Source: a virus
Virus record (IMG/VR): IMGVR_UViG_3300017917_002116
Coordinates: 1 to 64,000 of that record
DNA length: 64,000 nt
Direction: 5' to 3' (one strand)
Made by a program: the position numbers and the translations under genes. Position 1 is the first letter of the stretch; each line of letters starts with the position of its first letter. The notes beneath the pieces were generated by a model that was not told the DNA's origin, made no database searches, and saw nothing but the letters and a program-made list of their open reading frames with translations. Shown here piece after piece: positions 49,438-58,254 of the stretch.

Positions 49438-49668
49438 ATGCTTAAAACAGTTAGTCAAGAAGTCAAAATACAAAGATTAAAAATCTGTCAGCAGTGTGAG
49501 TTTTTTACATCAAAGTATAATAGTTGTAATGTCTGTGGATGTTATATGCCAGCTAAAGCATTATTTGCAGCATTCAAATGCCCCAAAGACAAATGGTCAA
49601 CAGCAGAGCCAGGTCAAGATTTAATAAATAAGATAGAGGAAATGATTCTTGCCAGCTGGAAAAAATAA
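49438..49668 (+). CDS. small Cys-rich putative metal-binding protein
   Basis: RLKICQQC...CNVCGC.M.AK......CP.DKW; ATG 5 nt after the late promoter. Confidence 0.7.
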   Translation: MLKTVSQEVKIQRLKICQQCEFFTSKYNSCNVCGCYMPAKALFAAFKCPKDKWSTAEPGQDLINKIEEMILASWKK

Positions 49669-50069
49669 TGTCTGATTTTTATACCAAATTACACGGAACA
49701 ACCACAGATAGATTCAAAATCGGACTGAAAAACGAACGATTAACTCTAACTGGAACCAGTGTAGGTGCCACCAATGTAACACTTAAAGACAGGGACGGCA
49801 ATAATCATACAGCAAATTCCACAGTCTTTTTTACAGCCTACATTGTAGGTCGCGGTACATCAAATACAGCGGCATATGAAATTAAAGGTTGTTACCTAGA
49901 GGGGACAACCACAGTAAGTGGTTATGTTATTAACACCTATGTCGATTCTTCTGGATTTACAGAACCTAGCTTTAGTTTTAATAGTTCAGGAGAATTAACA
50001 GTGGAATGTGCCGGCGTCGTTGGTGATACCATTGACTGGACAGCAAGTATAGATTTTGTATCGGTATAA
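49668..50069 (+). CDS. virion structural protein
   Basis: Thr/Gly-rich beta-type 133 aa, ends TIDWTASID. Confidence 0.6.
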   Translation: MSDFYTKLHGTTTDRFKIGLKNERLTLTGTSVGATNVTLKDRDGNNHTANSTVFFTAYIVGRGTSNTAAYEIKGCYLEGTTTVSGYVINTYVDSSGFTEPSFSFNSSGELTVECAGVVGDTIDWTASIDFVSV

Positions 50070-50070
50070 T

Positions 50071-51207
50071 ATGGCAATTAAGATTAATCATCAAACAGAA
50101 AAAATTACTCCTGAAAGCAGTATATTAGAAATTGCCGGCGCAATAAAATTATCTGCTGGTACCACTTTGCAAAGACCGCCCGGCCATGAAGGTATTATCA
50201 GATACAACAGTGATTTGTTAAGCACAGAATTTCACGATGGTACAACGTGGCAAACTGTAACAAACAAAACCTATGTTGACAGTCAAATTAGTTCTGGTAA
50301 TTCCAGTGTTAATACAAGAATAGACAATTTATCATTAAATGATCTAACTGACGTTACTGTAACTAGCCCGTCAAATGGTGAGGTACTTGTCTACGATACA
50401 ACATTTGGACAGTTTAGAAGTCAAGTAAATGTAATTACCCCCATAACAAAATATTTTACTGGTGATGGTACCACATTAGAGTTTGACATGCAACTAAGTG
50501 TTAGCAGCCCAAACATGCTGGTGGTTACTATTAACGGTATAGCGCAAGAGCCATTTTACAGTTATACAGTTGTCAATGGTACCAAGGTGGCATTTGATGA
50601 GCCACCAGAAACTGGTGATAGGATTCAGGTAAGAATTTTACGTGGCAACACAACCAGTGATAGACCAAGACCAAAAATCATAAACATAAGCTACAGTACA
50701 ATAGGCAGTTATACAACTGTTTCAATTGTGGCCACAGATGTGTCTTATGGCACAGGCGTAAAGATAGGCGATAAAAATGTCACCAGGATAGACTATCCTA
50801 CAGACAGTATATTACAGGTCATGGTAGAAACTAGTCAAATTACAGGTTCTACATGGAACACACCACAAGATCTAACGCTAATAGATCTAAATGGCAATGA
50901 ATATGTTTATAAGAATTTGATTAACTACGGCGCAGCCAAGCCGCAATTTACAGATAGCACTCAGTATATTGGGCGTTTTAGGGGTGGAGACAGTATCAAT
51001 TTTGCACTTGCGGTAAATAATACTACGAGTATTACAATAGGCCCTGCATATGACGGGGAAAATATGCCTGGTTGGTTATCAATTTCAGGTACTGATATCG
51101 TAGGAACTGCTCCTAGTAATAGCAGCCCTAGTCGATATGAATTTAAAGTTACGGCCAGTAATGGTGTTGTTGATATAACAAAGAATTATTGGTTGTTGGT
51201 TGTTTAA
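50071..51207 (+). CDS. fibre/decoration protein with Ig-like C-terminus
   Basis: GTTLQRP...GIIRYN...EF, LNDLTDV, FTGDG.T..F...VTING..Q.P..SY; C-terminal MPGWLSISG..IVGTAP. Confidence 0.7.
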   Translation: MAIKINHQTEKITPESSILEIAGAIKLSAGTTLQRPPGHEGIIRYNSDLLSTEFHDGTTWQTVTNKTYVDSQISSGNSSVNTRIDNLSLNDLTDVTVTSPSNGEVLVYDTTFGQFRSQVNVITPITKYFTGDGTTLEFDMQLSVSSPNMLVVTINGIAQEPFYSYTVVNGTKVAFDEPPETGDRIQVRILRGNTTSDRPRPKIINISYSTIGSYTTVSIVATDVSYGTGVKIGDKNVTRIDYPTDSILQVMVETSQITGSTWNTPQDLTLIDLNGNEYVYKNLINYGAAKPQFTDSTQYIGRFRGGDSINFALAVNNTTSITIGPAYDGENMPGWLSISGTDIVGTAPSNSSPSRYEFKVTASNGVVDITKNYWLLVV

Positions 51208-51260
51208 TACTATTCTCATGATGGCTGGCACCATACTTAAAAATGCCAAGGGAGACAGGG

Positions 51261-51470
51261 ATGCCGATGATCAAACTAAAATCTAGCTCTGTTATCGACA
51301 GCGTGGATCTTAGAGGGATTCCAACGGTTCCTGATGCCTTTCCCGAAATTGCTACGACCCAAATGGTCCAACAAGAAATAAGCAATCTTGTCAATTCCGC
51401 TCCGGTGTTATTAAACACACTGGGTGAATTGGCAAAGTCTTTGGGAGAAGACAATACCAAAACCCAATAG
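51261..51470 (+). CDS. stand-alone copy of the N-terminal domain of the downstream long fibre
   Basis: GGAG SD; MPMIKLKSSSVIDSVDLRG.PT...IATT..V...I..L..SAP.LL.TL.ELA..LG aligns with the start of 51506..56347. Confidence 0.7.
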   Translation: MPMIKLKSSSVIDSVDLRGIPTVPDAFPEIATTQMVQQEISNLVNSAPVLLNTLGELAKSLGEDNTKTQ

Positions 51471-51505
51471 GATTTCAGTAGAAATCCCCTAATGAGGATA
51501 AAAAA

Positions 51506-54500
51506 ATGCCTTTAATTAAAGCCAGATCAAGTTCTATTCAAGACGACGTTGCACTGCGCGGCCAACCTACATCGCCAACAGCTATGCAAAACGTTAATAC
51601 AACTCAGATTGCCAGTACTGCGTATGTTCGTACTGCAATTGCAGATTTGATCGACTCTAGTCCAGCACTATTAGATACATTAAATGAATTAGCTGCTGCC
51701 CTAGGTAATGATGCAAATTTTGCCACCACCGTTGCTAATGATATCGCCACCAAGGTATCAAAAGCTGGTGACACAATGACAGGCCCACTAGTTTTAAGTG
51801 GTGCACCTATACAAAACTTACACGCTGCTACTAAAAAGTACGTTGATGATGCCATCAACGCACAGATGATTTATAGTACAGACGACGTTAACGAAGGTAG
51901 TTTAAATTTATACTACACAGACACTCGTGTGCGTGCAGCGGTAAGTTTATCTAGTGATAATACTAGCGTATTAGACTATGATTACACAACAGGCCAGTTC
52001 ACATATAGCCATCCAAACAGTGACGGTATTTTAGAAGGTTCAACAAACAAATATTATACAGACGCTCGTGTTAGAAACGCTGTTAGTTTAACAAGTGATG
52101 ATGGCCAAATTCTTTCTTATAGTAGTTCTACCGGTGTGTTTACATTTACAACACCCGATACAGACAAAATTGTTGAAGGTAGCACAAACTTATATTTTAC
52201 AACAGCCCGTGCCCGTAATAGCGTAAGCAATGGTTCAAACATTGATTATGATAGCTCAACTGGTATCATCAGTACACAGGCTGCTGTTTGGAGCGTTAAC
52301 GGTCAAAACCACACTGTTGTATTAGATACAGATGACATCAGCGAAGGCAGTGCTAATTTATATTTTACCAACGCACGCGGCCGCAGTTCCGTAAGTCTAA
52401 CAACTGACAACAGCAACATTCTAAGCTACAGCAGTGGTACTGGTGTATTCACATGGACAACACCTGATACAGATGCTATCAGTGAAGGTAGCACAAATCT
52501 ATATTTTACAAACGCTCGTGCTCGCTCAGCAATTAGTGTAAGTTCCAGCTGGAACAACATTAGCTATGATAATTCCTCTGGTGTCATCACAGTAAACGCA
52601 CCAAATACAGACGATGTTACTGAAGGTAGTACAAACAAGTATTACACAGATGCAAGAGCTCGTAATGCTGTAAGTCTATCATCTGATAATGCCAGCGTTT
52701 TAGACTATGACAATACAACTGGTGTATTCACATTTACACTGGGCAATCAGACAACTGATGACGTTGCTGAAGGTACTAATAACTTATATTTTACTACAGC
52801 CCGTGCACGTCAGAGCATTAGTACAAGTGGTTGGGGTAACCTAAGTTACAATAGTTCTACAGGTATTATTGATATCACAGCACCTAGCACAGATGATGTC
52901 AGTGAAGGTTCTAACCTATATTTCACAACTACAAGAGCACGTAACTCTGTAAGTGCTAATGATGCAGGTGGTGATGGTAGCTTCAGCTATGATAGCGCAA
53001 CTGGTACATTCACATATACTGGTCCTAGTGCATCAGAAGCTCGTGCACATTTTGGTGCCACACAATTAGGTGGTGATGGTAGCTTTAGTTATGACAGTAC
53101 AACTGGTGTATTCACTTATGATGGCCCAACTAATGCAGATTACCGTCAGGCTGTAAGTGCCAACGCTAACAGTGGCGACGGCAATTTACAATACGACAGT
53201 ACAACTGGTGTATTCACTTATGATGGTCCAACTAATGCAGACTATCGTGGTGCAATCAGTGCAACAAAAGTCAGCGGAGATGGCGACATTTCTTATAGCA
53301 CAGTTACTGGTGTAATCAGCTACACAGGACCAAGTGCTAGTGAAACTCGCGCTCACTTCAGTGCTACTACAAGTGGTACAGGTTTCGGTGGCCTAACATA
53401 TGATAGTGCAACCGGTGTTTTCACATATGCCAAAGTTACCGCCAGCGACGTTCGCGGTAACCTAAGTGCTACAACAGCAACTGGTGCTCAATATGACAGC
53501 TCAACTGGCGTATTCAGCTTATCAGGAATTCCTAACAGCAGCCTAACAAACAGCGACATCACTGTTAACGGTTATACTACTGCTTTAGGCTCTAGCGTAA
53601 CACTAGATACCGATGATGTATCAGAAGGTTCAAATAACCTATACTACACACAGGCTCGTTTTGACAGCGCATTAGCTGCCAAGACAACTGATGATGTATC
53701 AGAAGGTTCAAATAACCTATACTACACACAGGCTCGTTTTGACAGTGCATTTGCTGCCAAAGACACAGGTGATCTAGCTGAAGATCCAAACGCAACAGTA
53801 ACAAGCGGTACAATGTACTTTACACAAAGTCGCGCTCGTAACACACTAAGTGGTGGTACTGGTGTAACATATACAGCCGCAACTGGTGTTATTGAGATTG
53901 GTCAGGCAGTTGGTACAACTGACAACGTTACATTCAACGATGTAACAGTTGCAGGTGACTTAACAGTTCAAGGTACAATGACTGCTATCCAGTCAACTAC
54001 TGTTGAAATTAACGATTTGAACCTAACATTGGCTAAAGGTAGTGCTAATGCCGCTCAAGCTAACGGTGCAGGTTTAACAGTTGACGGTGCCGGTGCTACC
54101 ATCACTTATGCAAGTGGTACAGATAGCTGGGACTTCAATAAAGATGTAAATGTTAATGGTGACTTTGCAACAACAGGTAGCTTGACAGCCGCTAGCTTTA
54201 CTGGTCCTCTAACCGGTGATGTAACTGGTAACGTAACTGGTAACGTAACTGGTAACGTAACAGGCAACATAACAAGTTCAGGTACTAGCACATTTGCTAC
54301 GGTTGACATCAATGGTGGTAACATCGATGGTACAACAATTGGTGGTGCAACTCCTGCCGCTATAACAGGTACAACTGTAACAGCTACAACAGGCTTTACA
54401 GGCGACCTAACTGGTAATGTAACTGGTAATGTAACTGGTGACCTAACTGGTAATGTAACTGGTAATGTAACTGGTGACCTAACTGGTAATGTAACTGGTC

Positions 54501-56347
54501 AAGTTAGCGATCTAAGCAATCACGATACAGATGATGTTGCTGAAGGCGTTACAAACCTATACTTTACAGATGCCCGTGCAAGAGCAGCAGTAAGTGCCAA
54601 CGATGCAGGCGGTGATGGTAGCTTCAGTTATAATAGCACAACTGGTGTATTCACATATACTGGACCAAGCGCAAGCGAAACTCGCGCACATCTAAGTGCC
54701 ACAACAAGTGGTACTGGTCATGGTAACCTAACATACGATAACACAACTGGTGTATTCACATATGCTAAAGTTACAGCGTCTGACGTACGCGGTGACTTGG
54801 GTGCTAATAAATCAGGCGGTGACGGTAACTTCAGTTATGACAGTGCAACTGGTGTGTTCACATACACTGGTCCTGACTTCAATGACTATCGTCAGGCTGT
54901 AAGTGCTAATGATGCAGGTGGTGATGGTAGCTTCAGCTATGACAGTTCAACCGGTACATTCACATATACCGGACCAAGCGCAAGCGAAACTCGCGCTCAC
55001 TTCAGTGCAACAAGCAACACAGGTATCACATACGACAGCTCAACTGGCGTATTTGCTCTATCTAATATTCCTAATAGCAGTCTAAGCAATGATAGTATCA
55101 CCATTAACGGTGCAACTATTGCTCTTGGTGGTAGTGATACCCTAGATACCGATGACATCGGTGAAGGTACAACAAACCTATACTTCTTGAACAGTCGTGC
55201 TAGAAATGCAGTTAGTTTGACAACAAACAACTCTACAGTTCTAGACTATGACAATACAACTGGTGTGTTTACATTTGATCTAGGTAATTCCACTACAGAT
55301 GATATCGCTGAAGGTGCTACAAACCTATATTTTACAGATGCTCGTGCACGTAACAGTATCAGCGTAAGCGGTTGGGGCAATTTAAGCTACAACAGCACAT
55401 CTGGTGTTATTACTATTAGTGCACCAAGTACAGATGATGTGTCTGAAGGCACAAACTTATACTTTACACAGGCCCGCGCTCGTCAGAGTGTAAGTTTAAC
55501 CAGTGATAACCAAGGCGTATTGTCTTATGACAATTCTACTGGTACATTCACGTTCAGTCTATCAAGTAGTACAACTGATGATGTCGCTGAAGGTAGCACA
55601 AACTTATACTTCACTACCGCTCGCGCACGTAATAGTATAAGCAACGGCTCAAATATCAACTACGATAGTTCAACTGGTATTATTAGCACACAGGCAGCAG
55701 TCTGGAGTGTTAACGGTCAAAACCACACAGTTGTACTAGATACAGATGACATCAGCGAAGGCAGTACAAATCTATACTTCACTGATGCCCGTGCTCGTAG
55801 TGCTATCACTCTAAATACAGATAATAGCAATATTCTGGATTACGATACAGGTACTGGTGTATTTGATTTTGTAACGCCAACAACTGACGCAATCAGTGAA
55901 GGTTCAACTAACCTATACTACACAAATGCTCGTGCAGATGCCCGTATAGCAGCGGCAAGTATCCGTGATTTAAGTGATGTCAATAAGACAGAATCTTTAC
56001 AAGACGGTTATACACTAGTTTGGTCTAGTGCTTTAGGCGAATTCGTTCCACAGAACGTTGCTGTAACAGCTACTACATTGAACTTTACTGGTGACGGTAC
56101 AACAGATACTTTCAGTACTGGCGTTGAAGTTACTAGTATTGATAACACTCAAGTGTATATCAACGGTTTAATTCAGGCACCTACATACTCTTACACACTT
56201 AGCACAACTAATAATGTAACAAGTATCGTGTTTGACGTCGCTCCAGAAACCAACGACTACATTTTCGTTCGTGTAACTGCTACAAGTAGTTTAACTGCTG
56301 GTGGTATTCTAAACGAAAACAGTACTGTTGACGGTGGTACATTCTAA
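51506..56347 (+). CDS. long repeat-rich fibre protein (1613 aa)
   Basis: APALLDTLNELAAALG-type motif, many TDDxxEGxxNLYxTxARAR and SYDSxTGVFTY repeats, GNVTG tracts. Confidence 0.85.
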   Translation: MPLIKARSSSIQDDVALRGQPTSPTAMQNVNTTQIASTAYVRTAIADLIDSSPALLDTLNELAAALGNDANFATTVANDIATKVSKAGDTMTGPLVLSGAPIQNLHAATKKYVDDAINAQMIYSTDDVNEGSLNLYYTDTRVRAAVSLSSDNTSVLDYDYTTGQFTYSHPNSDGILEGSTNKYYTDARVRNAVSLTSDDGQILSYSSSTGVFTFTTPDTDKIVEGSTNLYFTTARARNSVSNGSNIDYDSSTGIISTQAAVWSVNGQNHTVVLDTDDISEGSANLYFTNARGRSSVSLTTDNSNILSYSSGTGVFTWTTPDTDAISEGSTNLYFTNARARSAISVSSSWNNISYDNSSGVITVNAPNTDDVTEGSTNKYYTDARARNAVSLSSDNASVLDYDNTTGVFTFTLGNQTTDDVAEGTNNLYFTTARARQSISTSGWGNLSYNSSTGIIDITAPSTDDVSEGSNLYFTTTRARNSVSANDAGGDGSFSYDSATGTFTYTGPSASEARAHFGATQLGGDGSFSYDSTTGVFTYDGPTNADYRQAVSANANSGDGNLQYDSTTGVFTYDGPTNADYRGAISATKVSGDGDISYSTVTGVISYTGPSASETRAHFSATTSGTGFGGLTYDSATGVFTYAKVTASDVRGNLSATTATGAQYDSSTGVFSLSGIPNSSLTNSDITVNGYTTALGSSVTLDTDDVSEGSNNLYYTQARFDSALAAKTTDDVSEGSNNLYYTQARFDSAFAAKDTGDLAEDPNATVTSGTMYFTQSRARNTLSGGTGVTYTAATGVIEIGQAVGTTDNVTFNDVTVAGDLTVQGTMTAIQSTTVEINDLNLTLAKGSANAAQANGAGLTVDGAGATITYASGTDSWDFNKDVNVNGDFATTGSLTAASFTGPLTGDVTGNVTGNVTGNVTGNITSSGTSTFATVDINGGNIDGTTIGGATPAAITGTTVTATTGFTGDLTGNVTGNVTGDLTGNVTGNVTGDLTGNVTGQVSDLSNHDTDDVAEGVTNLYFTDARARAAVSANDAGGDGSFSYNSTTGVFTYTGPSASETRAHLSATTSGTGHGNLTYDNTTGVFTYAKVTASDVRGDLGANKSGGDGNFSYDSATGVFTYTGPDFNDYRQAVSANDAGGDGSFSYDSSTGTFTYTGPSASETRAHFSATSNTGITYDSSTGVFALSNIPNSSLSNDSITINGATIALGGSDTLDTDDIGEGTTNLYFLNSRARNAVSLTTNNSTVLDYDNTTGVFTFDLGNSTTDDIAEGATNLYFTDARARNSISVSGWGNLSYNSTSGVITISAPSTDDVSEGTNLYFTQARARQSVSLTSDNQGVLSYDNSTGTFTFSLSSSTTDDVAEGSTNLYFTTARARNSISNGSNINYDSSTGIISTQAAVWSVNGQNHTVVLDTDDISEGSTNLYFTDARARSAITLNTDNSNILDYDTGTGVFDFVTPTTDAISEGSTNLYYTNARADARIAAASIRDLSDVNKTESLQDGYTLVWSSALGEFVPQNVAVTATTLNFTGDGTTDTFSTGVEVTSIDNTQVYINGLIQAPTYSYTLSTTNNVTSIVFDVAPETNDYIFVRVTATSSLTAGGILNENSTVDGGTF
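53612..53764 (+). repeat. 78-bp tandem duplication in the fibre gene
   Basis: 56 identical nt starting at 53612 and 53690. Confidence 0.9.
54221..54499 (+). repeat. 12-bp-unit tandem repeats encoding G(N/D)(V/L)T
   Basis: gtaactggtaac run near 54221-54260; gacctaactggtaatgtaactggt... run near 54404-54499. Confidence 0.9.
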
Positions 56348-56407
56348 TTAAGAAATTGGTTAGAAAATACTAGGAAAAGGTGCAGAAATGCACCTTTTCT
56401 TATTTTT
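56342..56407 (+). terminator. GAAA hairpin followed by an intrinsic terminator
   Basis: ttctaattaa-gaaa-ttggttagaa at 56342-56365; gaaaaggtgca-gaaa-tgcaccttttc at 56374-56399 plus T tract. Confidence 0.85.
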
Positions 56408-56414
56408 GATTTCG

Positions 56415-56422
56415 TATAAATA
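56415..56422 (+). promoter_or_regulatory. T4-type late promoter TATAAATA
   Basis: exact consensus, embedded in the inverted repeat tcgtata-aa-tatacga. Confidence 0.8.
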
Positions 56423-56442
56423 TACGATAATGGATCTAAAAT

Positions 56443-58254
56443 ATGCCACTTTTTAGAGGTAAAAATTTCGTCAGTGCGGTATCTGATTATAAAGACAGCG
56501 TCAGAGTAGCAACGAGGTCAAATGTAAATTTGGCCGCGACCGTTACCACAGTTGATGGTGTGAATCTTGCCGATAAAGACAGGGTATTATTGGTTGGTCA
56601 AACAAATCTAACACAAAATGGCATCTACGCATGGTCAATATCAGACAGCAGATTAGCAAGAGCCACTGATTCCGACAGTATTTTTGAATTAAGTCCCGGT
56701 AACAAGGTCTATGTAGAAGAAGGCAATAGCCACGCCAAAACCACCTGGACATTGATCACTCAGGGTGTAATCACACCTGGCATCAGTAATTTGGTTTTCG
56801 CCAAGGAAACCAGAATTAGTACTTCAGAAATTAGTGGTACCTATGGTAGTGCAACAAAAACACTTCAAATTACAGTTGATGAAACCGGCCAAATCAATGC
56901 AGTAACGGAATACACAATCGATGGATTGCCCAGTCAAACTGGCAATACTGGAAAGTATTTAAAAACAAACGGATCAACGGCTAGCTGGGATACAATATCA
57001 ACTACATTGGCAGGATTATCAGATGTAGATGTAACTGGCGTCGCCGACAATTATATTTTAATTTATAACGATGCTACAGATACTTGGGTAGCAGGCCAAG
57101 GTGTGGCAGATGGTACGGTTGTTGATGGCGGTAATTTGGATGGTCCTAGTGGCAATTCCGGTGTTACTGCGGTAACTGAAACGCATAGTATCGATGACCT
57201 AAGTGATGTTGACACTACCACAACAGCACCAACCAATGGTCAGGCCCTTGTTTGGAATAGCACAAGTAGTAAATGGTTACCAGGTACCATATCTGCAGGC
57301 GGCGGAGGTGGAATTAGCCTGACTGATTTAAGTGTCACTGTAAATTCTGCAGGGTCTTCCACACTAAGTTATAATAATTCAACTGGCGTGTTCACGTTTA
57401 CTCCGCCGGATTTGTCTTGGTCAAATATTACAAGCAAACCTACATTTGCCACAGTGGCAACTAGTGGCAGTTATACTGATTTAACTAACAAGCCAACTAT
57501 ACCAACAGTTCCAACCACAGTAAGTTCATTTACAAATGATGCTGGATATTTGACCAGTGTTGGTTCAATTAGCTATAACGACCTAACAAATAAGCCAACA
57601 TTGTTCTCGGGTGCGTATGCAGATTTAACCGGCAAGCCAACATTGTTCAGTGGTAGTTATACTGATCTAACAAGTAAACCAACTATACCAACAAAAGTAA
57701 GCGATTTAACAAATGATAGTGGTTTTATTACCGGAGTAAGTTGGACGCAAGTAACCAGTAAACCCACATTTGCCACAGTGGCAACTAGTGGCAGTTATAA
57801 TGACTTAACAAGTAAACCAACAATACCAACAAATGTCAGTGATTTAACAAATGATTCAGGATTTGTTACTACGTCAGGAGCAAGAAGTGCAATTAGTGTT
57901 AGTGGTAGTCTAAGTTATAATAATTCTACCGGTGTTATTAGTTATACTCAACCAAATCCTTACTTGACTTGGGAAATAGTTACATCGAATACTACCTGTG
58001 TAGCAGGTAAAGGGTATTTTGTTGATACCTCATCCAGTGCAGTAACAATGACATTACCTGTGTCAGCGACATTGGGTGACACTATAAGATTTAATGATTT
58101 AGCAGGAACATTTGCTACAAACAATTTAACTGTATCTAGAAATGGACATAAAATACAAGGACAAACAGACAATTTAGTAGTAACAACAAATCAATCGAGT
58201 TTTGGTTTGGTATACAGTAATGCCACATACGGCTGGAAGATAATGGAGTTATAA
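56443..58254 (+). CDS. tail/head fibre protein
   Basis: DYKDSVRVAT...DRVLL.GQT...QNGIY, LSDVD repeats, SYxDLTxKP repeats, C-terminal YFVDTS...TLP.SA..GD.I.F.D..GTF.TNNLTV.RNG.KI.G. Confidence 0.85.
   Translation: MPLFRGKNFVSAVSDYKDSVRVATRSNVNLAATVTTVDGVNLADKDRVLLVGQTNLTQNGIYAWSISDSRLARATDSDSIFELSPGNKVYVEEGNSHAKTTWTLITQGVITPGISNLVFAKETRISTSEISGTYGSATKTLQITVDETGQINAVTEYTIDGLPSQTGNTGKYLKTNGSTASWDTISTTLAGLSDVDVTGVADNYILIYNDATDTWVAGQGVADGTVVDGGNLDGPSGNSGVTAVTETHSIDDLSDVDTTTTAPTNGQALVWNSTSSKWLPGTISAGGGGGISLTDLSVTVNSAGSSTLSYNNSTGVFTFTPPDLSWSNITSKPTFATVATSGSYTDLTNKPTIPTVPTTVSSFTNDAGYLTSVGSISYNDLTNKPTLFSGAYADLTGKPTLFSGSYTDLTSKPTIPTKVSDLTNDSGFITGVSWTQVTSKPTFATVATSGSYNDLTSKPTIPTNVSDLTNDSGFVTTSGARSAISVSGSLSYNNSTGVISYTQPNPYLTWEIVTSNTTCVAGKGYFVDTSSSAVTMTLPVSATLGDTIRFNDLAGTFATNNLTVSRNGHKIQGQTDNLVVTTNQSSFGLVYSNATYGWKIMEL

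Noticed and set aside
51468-51506. Stop readthrough joining the mini-fibre ORF to the long fibre
   Set aside because: The two ORFs are in different frames and the fibre has its own GAGG SD.
57442-57800. 34-nt direct repeats (also 36-nt repeats at 62686/63325) as CRISPR or DGR template/variable repeats
   Set aside because: In-frame coding repeats with only two copies, no spacer pattern, no adenine-specific mismatches, and no cas or reverse transcriptase gene in the window.
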